DNA of 64,000 nucleotides from Dehalococcoidia bacterium (GTDB lineage Bacteria; Chloroflexota; Dehalococcoidia; SHYD01): NCBI GenBank assembly GCA_009692945.1, contig SHYD01000002.1, positions 25,027 to 89,026 of the forward strand, read 5' to 3'. Shown piece by piece: positions 34,198 to 42,751 of this stretch (position 1 is its first letter; each line of letters starts with the position of its first letter). The notes under the pieces were generated by a model. It saw only the letters and a program-made list of their open reading frames with translations, ran no database searches and was not told where the DNA came from. The position numbers and the translations under genes were made by a program.

Positions 34198-35211
34198 TCA
34201 GGCCACCGGGGCCCGGTCGAGCGCTCCCAGCAGCCGTTGATAGGCCTCCGAGGCGGCGCCAAACACGTAGTTGGGAGACGAGACGGTCAGGCCGCTTCCA
34301 CCCACGCCGCGCAGGTGCTCAACGGCCCGCAACAGCTTGTCCTTGCGCACCACTACGGTGGTGGCATACCATTCCATGCCGTCTTCGTGGCGGCTGTACA
34401 CCTTGGAGACGGTGGGGCCCTGCATGCCGGCGACATCGGGTTCATTCATCACGAACATCCCCACCGCCTCGGCCGACTCGCCGCGGATATTGGCGGTCAC
34501 GGTGAAATAGTCCCGGGCCCGGAGGCATGCCTCCATCCGCTCCAGGATCGCCTTGGTGGTGGCCATGGCGTCGGGATCGCGGCGCAGCGCATCCAGATTC
34601 CCCAGGAGGCATGCCTGAGAGTTCAGTATCGTTCCGTCGCTCAAGGTTTTGAGGCCATTCTCCCGCAGGGTCGTCCCGCTGGAGGTCAGGTCGGCGATCA
34701 CGTCGGCGAAGCCCATGGTGGGGGCCACCTCGATGGCTCCGGTGGACGCCACCATCGAGAAGAAGTTCAGTCCTTTCTCGAGGAAGAACCGGCGGACCAG
34801 GCGGTTGTACTTTGTGGCCACCCTGAGTTCCATGCCCTGGGCGCGCATCTCCTCCGCCACCTCGACCAGGTCGGCCATGGACGAGACGTCGATCCACGTC
34901 TCGGGAATCGCAACCACCAGGTCGCATCCCCCGAAGTCGAGGTCTTCAATGAGCACGTCCACCCGGCTGCCGAAATGGAGCGTCTCTTTGACCGTGTCCA
35001 AGCCGGTTATCCCGAGGTCGACGCTGCCCTCGGCCACCTTGGCGGCGATGTCGGCGGCCCGCTGGAACAGCACGGTGGCGCCCCGGAGACCCGGGATCTC
35101 AGCGGTGTACTGGCGGGAGTTGGGACGGTTGACTCCAATGCCGCATGCCTTGAGGAATGCCAGCGCGGGAGATTCGAGTTCTCCCTTGCTAGGGAGCGCC
35201 AGCCGGAGCAT
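34198..35211 (-). CDS. hisG: ATP phosphoribosyltransferase, long form with C-terminal regulatory domain
   Basis: 'LRLALPSKGELE', 'DLGITGLD' and 'DLTSSGTTLRENGL', plus a HisG_C-like tail ('MQGPTVSKVY...WYATTVVV...LRGVGGSGLTV'). 337 aa. Confidence 0.9.
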   Translation of the reverse strand: MLRLALPSKGELESPALAFLKACGIGVNRPNSRQYTAEIPGLRGATVLFQRAADIAAKVAEGSVDLGITGLDTVKETLHFGSRVDVLIEDLDFGGCDLVVAIPETWIDVSSMADLVEVAEEMRAQGMELRVATKYNRLVRRFFLEKGLNFFSMVASTGAIEVAPTMGFADVIADLTSSGTTLRENGLKTLSDGTILNSQACLLGNLDALRRDPDAMATTKAILERMEACLRARDYFTVTANIRGESAEAVGMFVMNEPDVAGMQGPTVSKVYSRHEDGMEWYATTVVVRKDKLLRAVEHLRGVGGSGLTVSSPNYVFGAASEAYQRLLGALDRAPVA

Positions 35212-36685
35212 AGCTCGCCGTCCTCTCCACGGTCTGTTCCGTCGCGGCGCCGTCCGAGTCGACTGACACCAGCCGGGTGATGCCAGCCGCTATGCAAAAT
35301 GCTTTTCTGGCTTCATCTGGGCGGTCTTCCAACTCCAGCAGGCAGACCCTGCCCGCCCTTCGTTCGGCCTCGACCATACGCACGGCATGGGACAGTGCGG
35401 CGGCGACGCGCGGCGCCACGAGGGTCTTTGCTGCCTGGGCCGCCACCCCGGGCAACGGCCGGTCCGCCGCTTCCAACAGCCGCTCAACGGTGAACGCGTA
35501 GCCCAAGGCCGGGACATCCCGTTCGCCACCCAGCGCTCGGACCAGGCCGTCGTAACGTCCACCGCCACCCAGCGGGCCGCTCTGAACCCTTTCGGAGAAC
35601 ATCTCGAACACCACCCCGGTGTAGTACCCGAGGGCACGGGTGAGGCCCAGGTCCACCGAGATCGATGTGCTCCCGATGCTGAACGGCTGCAGGCACTCCA
35701 GCAACGCTGCGAGTTCATCGAAGGCTCCCGGGTCCAGACCAAACTGCTGCACGACCGAGCGGCCCCGAGCCAAGGCCACCTCCGGCGCCGCCTGCACGGC
35801 TGACAAGGCGGCCACCAAGTCCAACGCCCGTTCCACCTGGGCGGGGTTGTCGGTACCTTGCGCCTTGGTACGAAAGCGGCGCACGATTTCTTCGGTGGTC
35901 CGCCTGCCGGTGGTACTGGTGGTTCCCTGGCCCAGCAGCCAGGCCATGAGGTCGGTGTCTGATCCAGCTCCCGTTTCGAAGCCGGGGTCCGAGCCCGAGG
36001 GTGGAGATCCCGGTCTCGTTCGGACCTCTTCGAGGCCGGTGCGCAGTTGATTCACCCCATCCACACCCTGCCGGGCCAGGTCGAGGTGCCCTGCCAGGTA
36101 CATCCGCACCCGGTCGGAGAGCTGCATCCCCTCCAACAGTCTCGGGACGATGCCCGAGTGGCCGATGATCAGCCGGGCGGGGCCGAGGCCCAGGTGATCC
36201 ACGCCGCCGCAGGCGGCCGCGATGACTTCGGCATCGGCCCTGGGTCCGCCGGCGCCGATCAACTCAACGCCCAACTGAGTGAATTGACGGGCCACATCAG
36301 GCCCGCCCGCCTCGTCGTCGCGGAACACCGGCCCGCAGTACTGCCAGCGCACGGGCAACGGCAACGAGGATGCGGAACGAATATAGCTTCTGATGACGGA
36401 GCCGGTGAATTCGGGCCGCATGCTCAGGCGCTCGCCCCGCTGGTCGGTGACGTTGAACAGGCGCGCTGCGACCCGGCTGCCCAGTTTGCGCAGGTAGAGG
36501 TCGCTGTGTTCGAGGACGGGTACATCGACCCGCTCGTATCCATGACCCACCAGAATACCCTGGAGGCGTTCCTGGGTCAGATGCAGCGCAGCTACATCGC
36601 GTTCTGACAGATCATGCGCCCCGCGGATGGGGGCGCATTCTTCAAGGGAAGGCAAGAGGCCACTCACTTTTCGGCTTTGGCTCAT
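35189..36685 (-). CDS. hisZ: HisRS-like ATP phosphoribosyltransferase regulatory subunit (HisZ-like) retaining a C-terminal domain
   Basis: HisRS-like core, but motif 2 is degenerate ('FRDDEAGGPDVARQFTQLGVE') and the motif is 'RALGYYTG' instead of RGLDYY. 'GGGGRYDGL' is present. Overlaps hisG by 23 nt. The start (ATG 36685) is uncertain. Confidence 0.65.
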   Translation of the reverse strand: MSQSRKVSGLLPSLEECAPIRGAHDLSERDVAALHLTQERLQGILVGHGYERVDVPVLEHSDLYLRKLGSRVAARLFNVTDQRGERLSMRPEFTGSVIRSYIRSASSLPLPVRWQYCGPVFRDDEAGGPDVARQFTQLGVELIGAGGPRADAEVIAAACGGVDHLGLGPARLIIGHSGIVPRLLEGMQLSDRVRMYLAGHLDLARQGVDGVNQLRTGLEEVRTRPGSPPSGSDPGFETGAGSDTDLMAWLLGQGTTSTTGRRTTEEIVRRFRTKAQGTDNPAQVERALDLVAALSAVQAAPEVALARGRSVVQQFGLDPGAFDELAALLECLQPFSIGSTSISVDLGLTRALGYYTGVVFEMFSERVQSGPLGGGGRYDGLVRALGGERDVPALGYAFTVERLLEAADRPLPGVAAQAAKTLVAPRVAAALSHAVRMVEAERRAGRVCLLELEDRPDEARKAFCIAAGITRLVSVDSDGAATEQTVERTASYAPAGAP

Positions 36686-36735
36686 TGTAGCACCATCAGC
36701 GGCGCCGCCGTCGCGGGACGGCATCCTGCGTCTGC

Positions 36736-36755
36736 GTAACTGCTCAGTCTTCGGG
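36736..36755 (-). repeat. solo right-end fragment of the type 2 repeat
   Basis: The minus strand reads CCCGAAGACTGAGCAGTTAC, about 50 nt upstream of the hisZ start. Confidence 0.5.
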
Positions 36756-36773
36756 TGGTGCAACTCGACGGGC

Positions 36774-36817
36774 CGTTGTCCGTAGTGGCGACGCATGCGC
36801 CGCCACTACGGACAACG
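36774..36817. other. 17-bp perfect inverted repeat
   Basis: CGTTGTCCGTAGTGGCG-(10 nt)-CGCCACTACGGACAACG, between the oxidoreductase stop and hisZ. Confidence 0.7.
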
Positions 36818-36852
36818 CGCTCCCTGTCGGTGCCTCGGCATTCAACTTTCGC

Positions 36853-36892
36853 CCCGGCATGGGAATGTGCAGGCGGTCATTCCCATGCCGGG
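36853..36892 (-). terminator. 15-bp perfect hairpin spanning the stop codon of the oxidoreductase gene
   Basis: CCCGGCATGGGAATG-(10 nt)-CATTCCCATGCCGGG. No U-tract. Confidence 0.45.
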
Positions 36893-38115
36893 CACTGGCG
36901 GTGCATCATGATTTCCCGTCGCTCCGTGCCGGACTGCATCACGCCCAGCAGGACCTCCAATGTGGCCAGCCCCCAACGGCCGTCGTGATGGGGGCGGCGG
37001 TCCTCGGCGATGGCGTCGTACAGCTCGTGGAGTTCGGCCATTCGTTCGTCGCGGATGCCCTCGACGGCGATGTGGCGCACGCCGTCGTCGTCGTAGACGA
37101 TCAGTCCCTCGGGGCCCTGGCGGATGTCGCCCTTCTCGCAGTGGACGATCACGATCCCAGCGTCCATCTGGTAGCCGGTGGCGTGGCTCGCCTCGGCTTC
37201 GCCGGGCGCTCCGTACATGGCGCCCTCGTTGCGGCCCCCGAAGCGCATCTCCTCCTTGCTGGGGGCGTCGTCCACCGGGCGGCCCGCCCGCAGATCGCGG
37301 CGCAGTTGCTGGCCGTCCTTGAGGAAGCGGCTGCTGCCCGCCCAGGGAACGAATTCGAAGGTCGAGAAGTAGCCGTAGCCGTTGTGGATTACCGTAGCGG
37401 GCAGGCCGTTTTCGAACTCGAGATACGCGGCGTAGTAACCGAGGCCGTCACGGAAGGGCATCCAGTTGCCGGTCATGCCCCGCACACTGCGGACCATGCC
37501 CCCGCCCATCAGCCGGACGATGTCGAACTGGTGGGGTCCCATCACGTATGGGGCGCCGCCGCCCAGTTCCGTCACCAGTTCCTGAGGCATGCGGGGCCGG
37601 AACATGTATTCGGTGTAGGCCCACACGTTGACCGCCCGCACCTCGCCCAACTCGCCCGAGGTGATCACCCCGCGCATCGCCCGGAACCCGGCCATCAGGC
37701 TGGCGGTATGGCCGCACAGCAGTTTGGTACCGTAGCGGTCGGCCGCCTCCACCATCGCCTCGGCTTCGGGCAGCGTGACCGCCATGGGCTTTTCGATGAC
37801 CACATGTTTGCCGTTGCGGGCGGCGGTGATGGTGTGCTCCCGGTGGAGGCTGTTGGGGGACGCGATCCAGATAGCATCCACGTTGGGGTCCTGACACAGC
37901 GCATCGACGCTCTCGTAGGTGCGGCCACCATACCGCTGGCGGAACACCTCCAGCGCCTGGGGCCGGACGTCCGCCGCTGCCACCACTTCCAGAAAGGGCG
38001 CTTGCTCCATCGACCGTATGATCTGGACGGCGCCCATGCCGAGACCTGCGATGGCGACCCGCAGTTTGGGCCTGACGGCGGTCTTCCCTGAGGACGGGGA
38101 TGGTTGCAGCGTCAT
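36877..38115 (-). CDS. Gfo/Idh/MocA-family oxidoreductase (cassette A)
   Basis: 'LRVAIAGLGMGA' and 'GKHVVIEKPMA'. Paralog of 51495..52793. Confidence 0.8.
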   Translation of the reverse strand: MTLQPSPSSGKTAVRPKLRVAIAGLGMGAVQIIRSMEQAPFLEVVAAADVRPQALEVFRQRYGGRTYESVDALCQDPNVDAIWIASPNSLHREHTITAARNGKHVVIEKPMAVTLPEAEAMVEAADRYGTKLLCGHTASLMAGFRAMRGVITSGELGEVRAVNVWAYTEYMFRPRMPQELVTELGGGAPYVMGPHQFDIVRLMGGGMVRSVRGMTGNWMPFRDGLGYYAAYLEFENGLPATVIHNGYGYFSTFEFVPWAGSSRFLKDGQQLRRDLRAGRPVDDAPSKEEMRFGGRNEGAMYGAPGEAEASHATGYQMDAGIVIVHCEKGDIRQGPEGLIVYDDDGVRHIAVEGIRDERMAELHELYDAIAEDRRPHHDGRWGLATLEVLLGVMQSGTERREIMMHRQCPAWE

Positions 38116-38194
38116 AGCGTCTCCCTTGACAGAAATGAACTGACGGCGAGGTTCGCCCCCGCCGTCAGCCTGGAATCCGGTCCGTCTGGGGGCG

Positions 38195-39553
38195 CTACCG
38201 CCCCGCGGGCGGTTGCGCCCCCGCGGGGATCTTGGCGGTCATCTTGCCCACCGGGTCTGCGCCTTCGAAGATGTTGACGTCCTCGGGCAGCACGCCGGCC
38301 CAAGCCCGCACCCGGTAGACCCCGCCGTGGGTGGCGGCTTTCGGTTCCCGGCCCCGTACCAGCGCTTTGGCGTTGTTCAACAGGGAACGGCGCATCGCGA
38401 TGATCAACGCATCGCTGGTGCCCAGGTGTTCCTGGGTACGGTCGGCGATGGCGCCCATCCCCTCGACCACTGCGGTATCCTGCTCCCGGATGCCCATGAT
38501 CCCGGAGTACGAGGTCGTCCGCTGCAGCTTGCGGTCGATCAGGAAATGGTTGGCTTTGGTGGCCCGCAACCGCCCCGTGGCCGGATCGAGAGTGCCGATG
38601 TGGGGACGGCTCGTGCCCAGGACGCTGTCGCGCTCCTCGGGGGTCAGATCTTCGTGGGGCGCCCACATGATGCACCAGACCCGGGTGTGCTCGTCGTCCT
38701 CGGGAATCCACATGTGCGTGTGGCCGCGGGTATCGATGGGGCTGGCCGGGAAGTACGTGTAGAAGGGCAGCAGGAACAGGTTGACCCGCCAGTACTGCGA
38801 ACCCGGCCCGGCAGTGCGGGCGTTCGCCCCTGCCACGCCATAGTCGGTGTAAGCGAGGTTCCAGCGCGGCGGGACCTCGGCGGCGTAGAAGTCCCGTTCC
38901 GCCGCCCGCTGGTAGATCGAGGTATCGGCTCCCGCCTGACGGGCCATTCGCAGCCGTTCGAGCACGGGGAGGTCCGGCGCTCCGGCCAGCGCTCCGTGGA
39001 GGAACGGCGCATGGGTCGAGTCGATGTCGCCCTCCAACGCCTGGACGAAATTGCACTCCTGGTTGTACTTGACGATGTTGCGCTGCCGGTCCGCAACGAA
39101 GCCCCACTCAAGATGCGGCAGTTCGGGCTTCTTGTCCGGCGGGCCGAGGTAGGCCCAGATCACGCTTCCCCACTCCTGGATCGGGTAGGAGCGGGCGCGC
39201 ACCTTGTCCTGAAAGCTGGACTCGGCAGGCTCGGTGGGCATCTCCACGCAATGCCCGTGCACGTCGAACTTCCAGCCATGGTAGACGCAGCGGATGCCGT
39301 GCTCCTCGTTGCGGCCATAGAACAGCGGCGCCCGGCGATGCGGACAGAACGCCGTGAGCAGACCCACGTTTCCTCCCGTGTCCCGGAAGGCGACCAGGTC
39401 CTCCCCGAACAGCCGCACCTCCACTGGGTCGCAATCCGGTTCAGGCAGTTCGCTGGAAAGGAGGATGGGCGTCCAGAACCGGCGCAAAAACTCACCCATG
39501 GGTGTGCTTGCCGAGACCCGGCACAGCATTTCATTGTCTTGAGTGTTCAGCAC
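38195..39553 (-). CDS. Rieske [2Fe-2S] non-heme-iron oxygenase alpha subunit (cassette A)
   Basis: Rieske 'CPHRRAPLFYG...CVYHGWKF'. Iron site 'EGDIDSTHAPFLH'. Paralog of 52995..54323. Confidence 0.8.
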   Translation of the reverse strand: MLNTQDNEMLCRVSASTPMGEFLRRFWTPILLSSELPEPDCDPVEVRLFGEDLVAFRDTGGNVGLLTAFCPHRRAPLFYGRNEEHGIRCVYHGWKFDVHGHCVEMPTEPAESSFQDKVRARSYPIQEWGSVIWAYLGPPDKKPELPHLEWGFVADRQRNIVKYNQECNFVQALEGDIDSTHAPFLHGALAGAPDLPVLERLRMARQAGADTSIYQRAAERDFYAAEVPPRWNLAYTDYGVAGANARTAGPGSQYWRVNLFLLPFYTYFPASPIDTRGHTHMWIPEDDEHTRVWCIMWAPHEDLTPEERDSVLGTSRPHIGTLDPATGRLRATKANHFLIDRKLQRTTSYSGIMGIREQDTAVVEGMGAIADRTQEHLGTSDALIIAMRRSLLNNAKALVRGREPKAATHGGVYRVRAWAGVLPEDVNIFEGADPVGKMTAKIPAGAQPPAGR

Positions 39554-39610
39554 AACGGCACCTCCTGGGTGGAACCTCCCGTGGTGGACGATTCCGCCAC
39601 CGGATTCATC

Positions 39611-40801
39611 CTATTCCGTGACCAGTTTTTCGGTGAACAGCCGGACGTCAACCTGGCGTTGGATATTCTCCTCCTGGAGCGCCCAGAAGTAGTTTCGGTT
39701 GTCCTCGGGAAGTTCGGTCTTTTCGTACGGATCGACATCGGCCCGGCGGCTATTTTCCTTGGCGGCCTTGCTCAGGATGGTCTGCCCTTCCTTGGTTAAC
39801 AGCCAGTTGATGAACAGTTTGGCGGCGTTGGGGTTTGGCGCCTTGTTGAAGAGCCAAAGCCCGCCGGCGCTGGTGACCACTGCCTGGGTCTCGGGCAGGA
39901 CCATGGGTTTTAGGTTCTTGCCAAGCCCCTGGTCCAAGAATTCTTGAAGCACCGGGAGGGTGACGCCGGTGGCGAAGGCGTAGCGGCCGCGCACCATGTT
40001 CTCCGCAATCAGCCGGGTGTCACGGGTGAAGGTCGGCTTCTGATCGACCAACAGGCGCTTGATGAAATCGTCGGCGTTGGGGACGTTCTGCCGGACCGCG
40101 GCGAGCCATACATACATGTGCCCGGTGCGGACGTCAGCGAACATGAATTTCCCCTGCCATTTTGGGTCGAGGAGATCTCGGACCGTCTTGATCTCGCCCT
40201 CCTTCACCAGATCGGTATTGACCCAGATCTGGTTGCCCACCCGGGCCAAGTGGTTGTACACCCACTTCTTTTCCTTGTCCATGAAGCCGAATTCGAAACC
40301 TCGCCGCCATGCCTTGTCGTCGGTGACATCGGGCCTGAAAATCACCGGGCGGATCGGATCGAAAGCGCCGGTCGGTTTCAGGGTGGAGAGGAACCCCTGG
40401 ATGGTGAAGACCGCCACATCGAAGCTGTAGACTTTGGAGTCCCGCTCCTGGGTGATCTTGGGGATGGCCAGCGCTTCGGTCGTGAAGGTCTGCAGTTCCA
40501 CCTTGATACCGGAGAAGGCCTCGAACTGGTCCCACGCCTTGCGGAGGTCGGCACCGGGATTGCCGAGGAGGTTGAGCTTGCCCTCTTTCTTGGCCGCCTC
40601 CGCCAACTTATCCCAATCGTCCTGCCACGGCTCGCGCTTGGCAGCAGCGGGCGCCGCCGGGCTGCTGGGCTGGGCGGCAGGAGACGCGGCGCCCGGGGCG
40701 CAGGCCACCGCTGCCGCCGCCAACCCACCAACCGCTGATACTCGAATGAACGAGCGGCGTGTCGCCGTCGAACCCGCACCCAGCACAGTTGATGCTTTCA
40801 A
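39611..40801 (-). CDS. ABC-transporter substrate-binding lipoprotein (family 1), Tat signal
   Basis: 'TRRSFIRVSAVGGLAAAAVAC' is a twin-arginine motif plus lipobox. The body is like periplasmic-binding family 1. No adjacent permease or ATPase. Confidence 0.7.
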   Translation of the reverse strand: MKASTVLGAGSTATRRSFIRVSAVGGLAAAAVACAPGAASPAAQPSSPAAPAAAKREPWQDDWDKLAEAAKKEGKLNLLGNPGADLRKAWDQFEAFSGIKVELQTFTTEALAIPKITQERDSKVYSFDVAVFTIQGFLSTLKPTGAFDPIRPVIFRPDVTDDKAWRRGFEFGFMDKEKKWVYNHLARVGNQIWVNTDLVKEGEIKTVRDLLDPKWQGKFMFADVRTGHMYVWLAAVRQNVPNADDFIKRLLVDQKPTFTRDTRLIAENMVRGRYAFATGVTLPVLQEFLDQGLGKNLKPMVLPETQAVVTSAGGLWLFNKAPNPNAAKLFINWLLTKEGQTILSKAAKENSRRADVDPYEKTELPEDNRNYFWALQEENIQRQVDVRLFTEKLVTE

Positions 40802-40887
40802 AACGAATCCTCCGGTCGATAACTGGCCTGACTCAAGCCCGGGTGGTCCGACTGCTTGCCGGGCCGGTTCTGATTATAGCAGACTGA

Positions 40888-40990
40888 TCCGTTCAGACTC
40901 GGGATTCGGGCACGGGGGTGCAGGGGGCGAAGCCACCCTGCCGGGGGACTGGGGGTGTACGATCTCTCTTTTCTTGGGGGGTGGGGGGAA
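40888..40990 (-). repeat. MITE-like repeat, type 2
   Basis: GTTCAGACTCGGGATTCGGGCACGGGGGTGCAGGGGGCGAAGCCACCCTGCCGGGGGACTGGGGGTGT...GGGGGGTGGGGGG. Confidence 0.75.
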
Positions 40991-41016
40991 CGAACGAGCA
41001 GCAGCCCCTGATGCTC

Positions 41017-41037
41017 CCCCGAAGACTGAGCAATTAC
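41017..41037 (+). repeat. solo right-end fragment of the type 2 repeat
   Basis: CCCCGAAGACTGAGCAATTAC, 10 nt from the DUF72 pseudogene stop. Confidence 0.5.
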
Positions 41038-41047
41038 CATCCTGCGG

Positions 41048-41754
41048 CTAACGGCCCAGCAGGCCTTCGAAGGCCTTGGCGAAGGCCGGTCCCTTTCCCT
41101 CATCCTCGTGCTTGAAGTAGACGTACACGTCGGTCAGTCCTTGCGCCTTGTCGAGGATGTCCTGCGCCAAACTGCAAGGCCGGCCTCGGTGTAGCCCTCG
41201 TTCCGCAGGCGGAAATAGGCGTAGGGGGCTGTCGCCACCATTGGGGTCGTGCTGCCCTCGGTGTCGGTGACGCAGAGAGCGAGTTTCCGTTGTTCGAGCC
41301 TCCGTTAGACCTCGGCGTCGTACCATGACTCGTTTCGGAACTCGAAGGCCGCCCGGGTCCCGAGGGGCAACCATTCCAAGAACTGGTCAAGCCGCGCCAG
41401 GTCGACCTTCAGGTTCGGCGGCAGTTGGAAGAGCAGCATTCCGAGCTTGTCGCCCGACAAGCCGGCCCGACCGCAGAACAGTTCGACCAGCTCCCGGCAA
41501 TCGCGCAGGCGCTGATCGTGGGTGATACGGCGGGGCGCCTTGAGCGTGAAGCTAAAATATGGCGGCGTCTCCAGCGCCCAGCCTTGGACCGTACTTTCCG
41601 AAGGCAGCCGGTAGAAGCTGTAGTTGATCTCCACTGTGGCGAAGCGCTCGCCGTAGTAGGGCAGCATCTTGGTCGTGGGGAACTTCTCCGGATAGAAGCT
41701 GCCCCGCCATGCCGGGTAGTTGTAGCCCGACGTCCCCACATGGATCGCGCCCAT
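41048..41754 (-). pseudogene. DUF72-family protein with in-frame TAA and one frameshift
   Basis: 'MGAIHVGTSGYNYPAWRGSFYPEKFP...FEFRNESWYDAEV' then TAA (41305..41307). It continues 'RRLEQRKLALCVTD...PYAYFRLRNEGYTEAGLAVW', then shifts frame to 'AQDILDKAQGLTDVYVYFKHEDEGKG'. Confidence 0.7.
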
Positions 41755-42749
41755 CAGGCGATATCGGGGAGGATGCAGGCCTCCGGGGCGATGTCCGGAC
41801 GCAGGGAGGTGAATACGGCGAACCGCAGCGCGCCGTTCGGCCCGGGCTCTCCCGCCCTGACCTGGCACACCAACCGGGGCGCACACCAGTAGACCAGCCG
41901 GTCGACGCGCGGCGCCACCGCAAAGGGGCACTCGGTCTGGTGCAGTTGCTCCAACATACGGACGGTCAGCCAAGCCTCAGGGGACGCCATGCCCGCCGTG
42001 GCGCGGCCCACGTAGGTCAATACGCCGTCCCGGTAGGCGCCCAGCAACAGCGACTGGAATGCCTCCTTTTTGCGGCCACCGCCAAAGGAATAACCGCCGA
42101 TGGCGTAGTGGCCCACGTTGAGCGCCGGGATGTCCAGCCACTGGGTGGTCCGATGTCCGGGGCGGTAGTAGCTGTACTTCTGCTTGGCCAGGACGCCCTC
42201 GAGCTTGAGGCCGGCCACTGCTTCGAAGAACCCCGCGCCCTCGGTGCTCACGAACTCGGTGATCTGCCCCACTTTGGAGGTCGTGAAACAGGCGTGGAGC
42301 TGGTTTCTGCGCATCCAGAGCGGGGTCTCCAGCAACTCCTCGCCATCGAGCAGCAGCAGGTCGAATGCCTGGTAGAACAGCTTGCTGCGCCGCGCGGGCG
42401 GTCCGGGCCGCAGGATGAGGCTGTTCAGGCGCGGCCGCAGCAGTTCAAGGTTGGGGAGGCCGCCCGGTCCCACCGCAACGATCTCTCCATCGAGGACTGC
42501 CGAGCGCCCTCCCAGGTTGGTTTGGAGTTCGTGAAGTTCGGGGTACCCGTCGGTTAGGTCGGTTCCGTTCTGGCCCACCAGCCGGACGCCCTCGGGACCA
42601 ATGAACGCCAGGGCGCGTACGCCGCCCCACTTCAGCTCGAACAGCCAGTCTGGAGAGTCGAAGGGTTCTGCTGCCATCGCGGGGACCATGGGGCGCCATT
42701 GGGCGCGATCCCTTGCTGCCCCATGGCCGGCCAAGGGGATCAAGGCCAT
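41754..42749 (-). CDS. ligD: ATP-dependent DNA ligase (stand-alone LigD ligase domain) with atypical motifs I and V
   Basis: 'FELKWGGVR', 'VLDGEIV', 'FYQAFDLL' and 'EGVLAKQKYSYYRPGHRTTQWLDIP'. The start may be the M21 codon at 42689. The stop overlaps the DUF72 ATG. Confidence 0.75.
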   Translation of the reverse strand: MALIPLAGHGAARDRAQWRPMVPAMAAEPFDSPDWLFELKWGGVRALAFIGPEGVRLVGQNGTDLTDGYPELHELQTNLGGRSAVLDGEIVAVGPGGLPNLELLRPRLNSLILRPGPPARRSKLFYQAFDLLLLDGEELLETPLWMRRNQLHACFTTSKVGQITEFVSTEGAGFFEAVAGLKLEGVLAKQKYSYYRPGHRTTQWLDIPALNVGHYAIGGYSFGGGRKKEAFQSLLLGAYRDGVLTYVGRATAGMASPEAWLTVRMLEQLHQTECPFAVAPRVDRLVYWCAPRLVCQVRAGEPGPNGALRFAVFTSLRPDIAPEACILPDIA

Positions 42750-42751
42750 TG

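Noticed and set aside
33688-35280. 530-aa plus-strand ORF
   Set aside because: It lies antisense to hisG and the embedded his-operon ORF and has no recognisable motifs. The same reasoning applies to 36859..38091, 38213..39799, 45729..47183, 49117..50838, 53355..55052 and 60997..62448.
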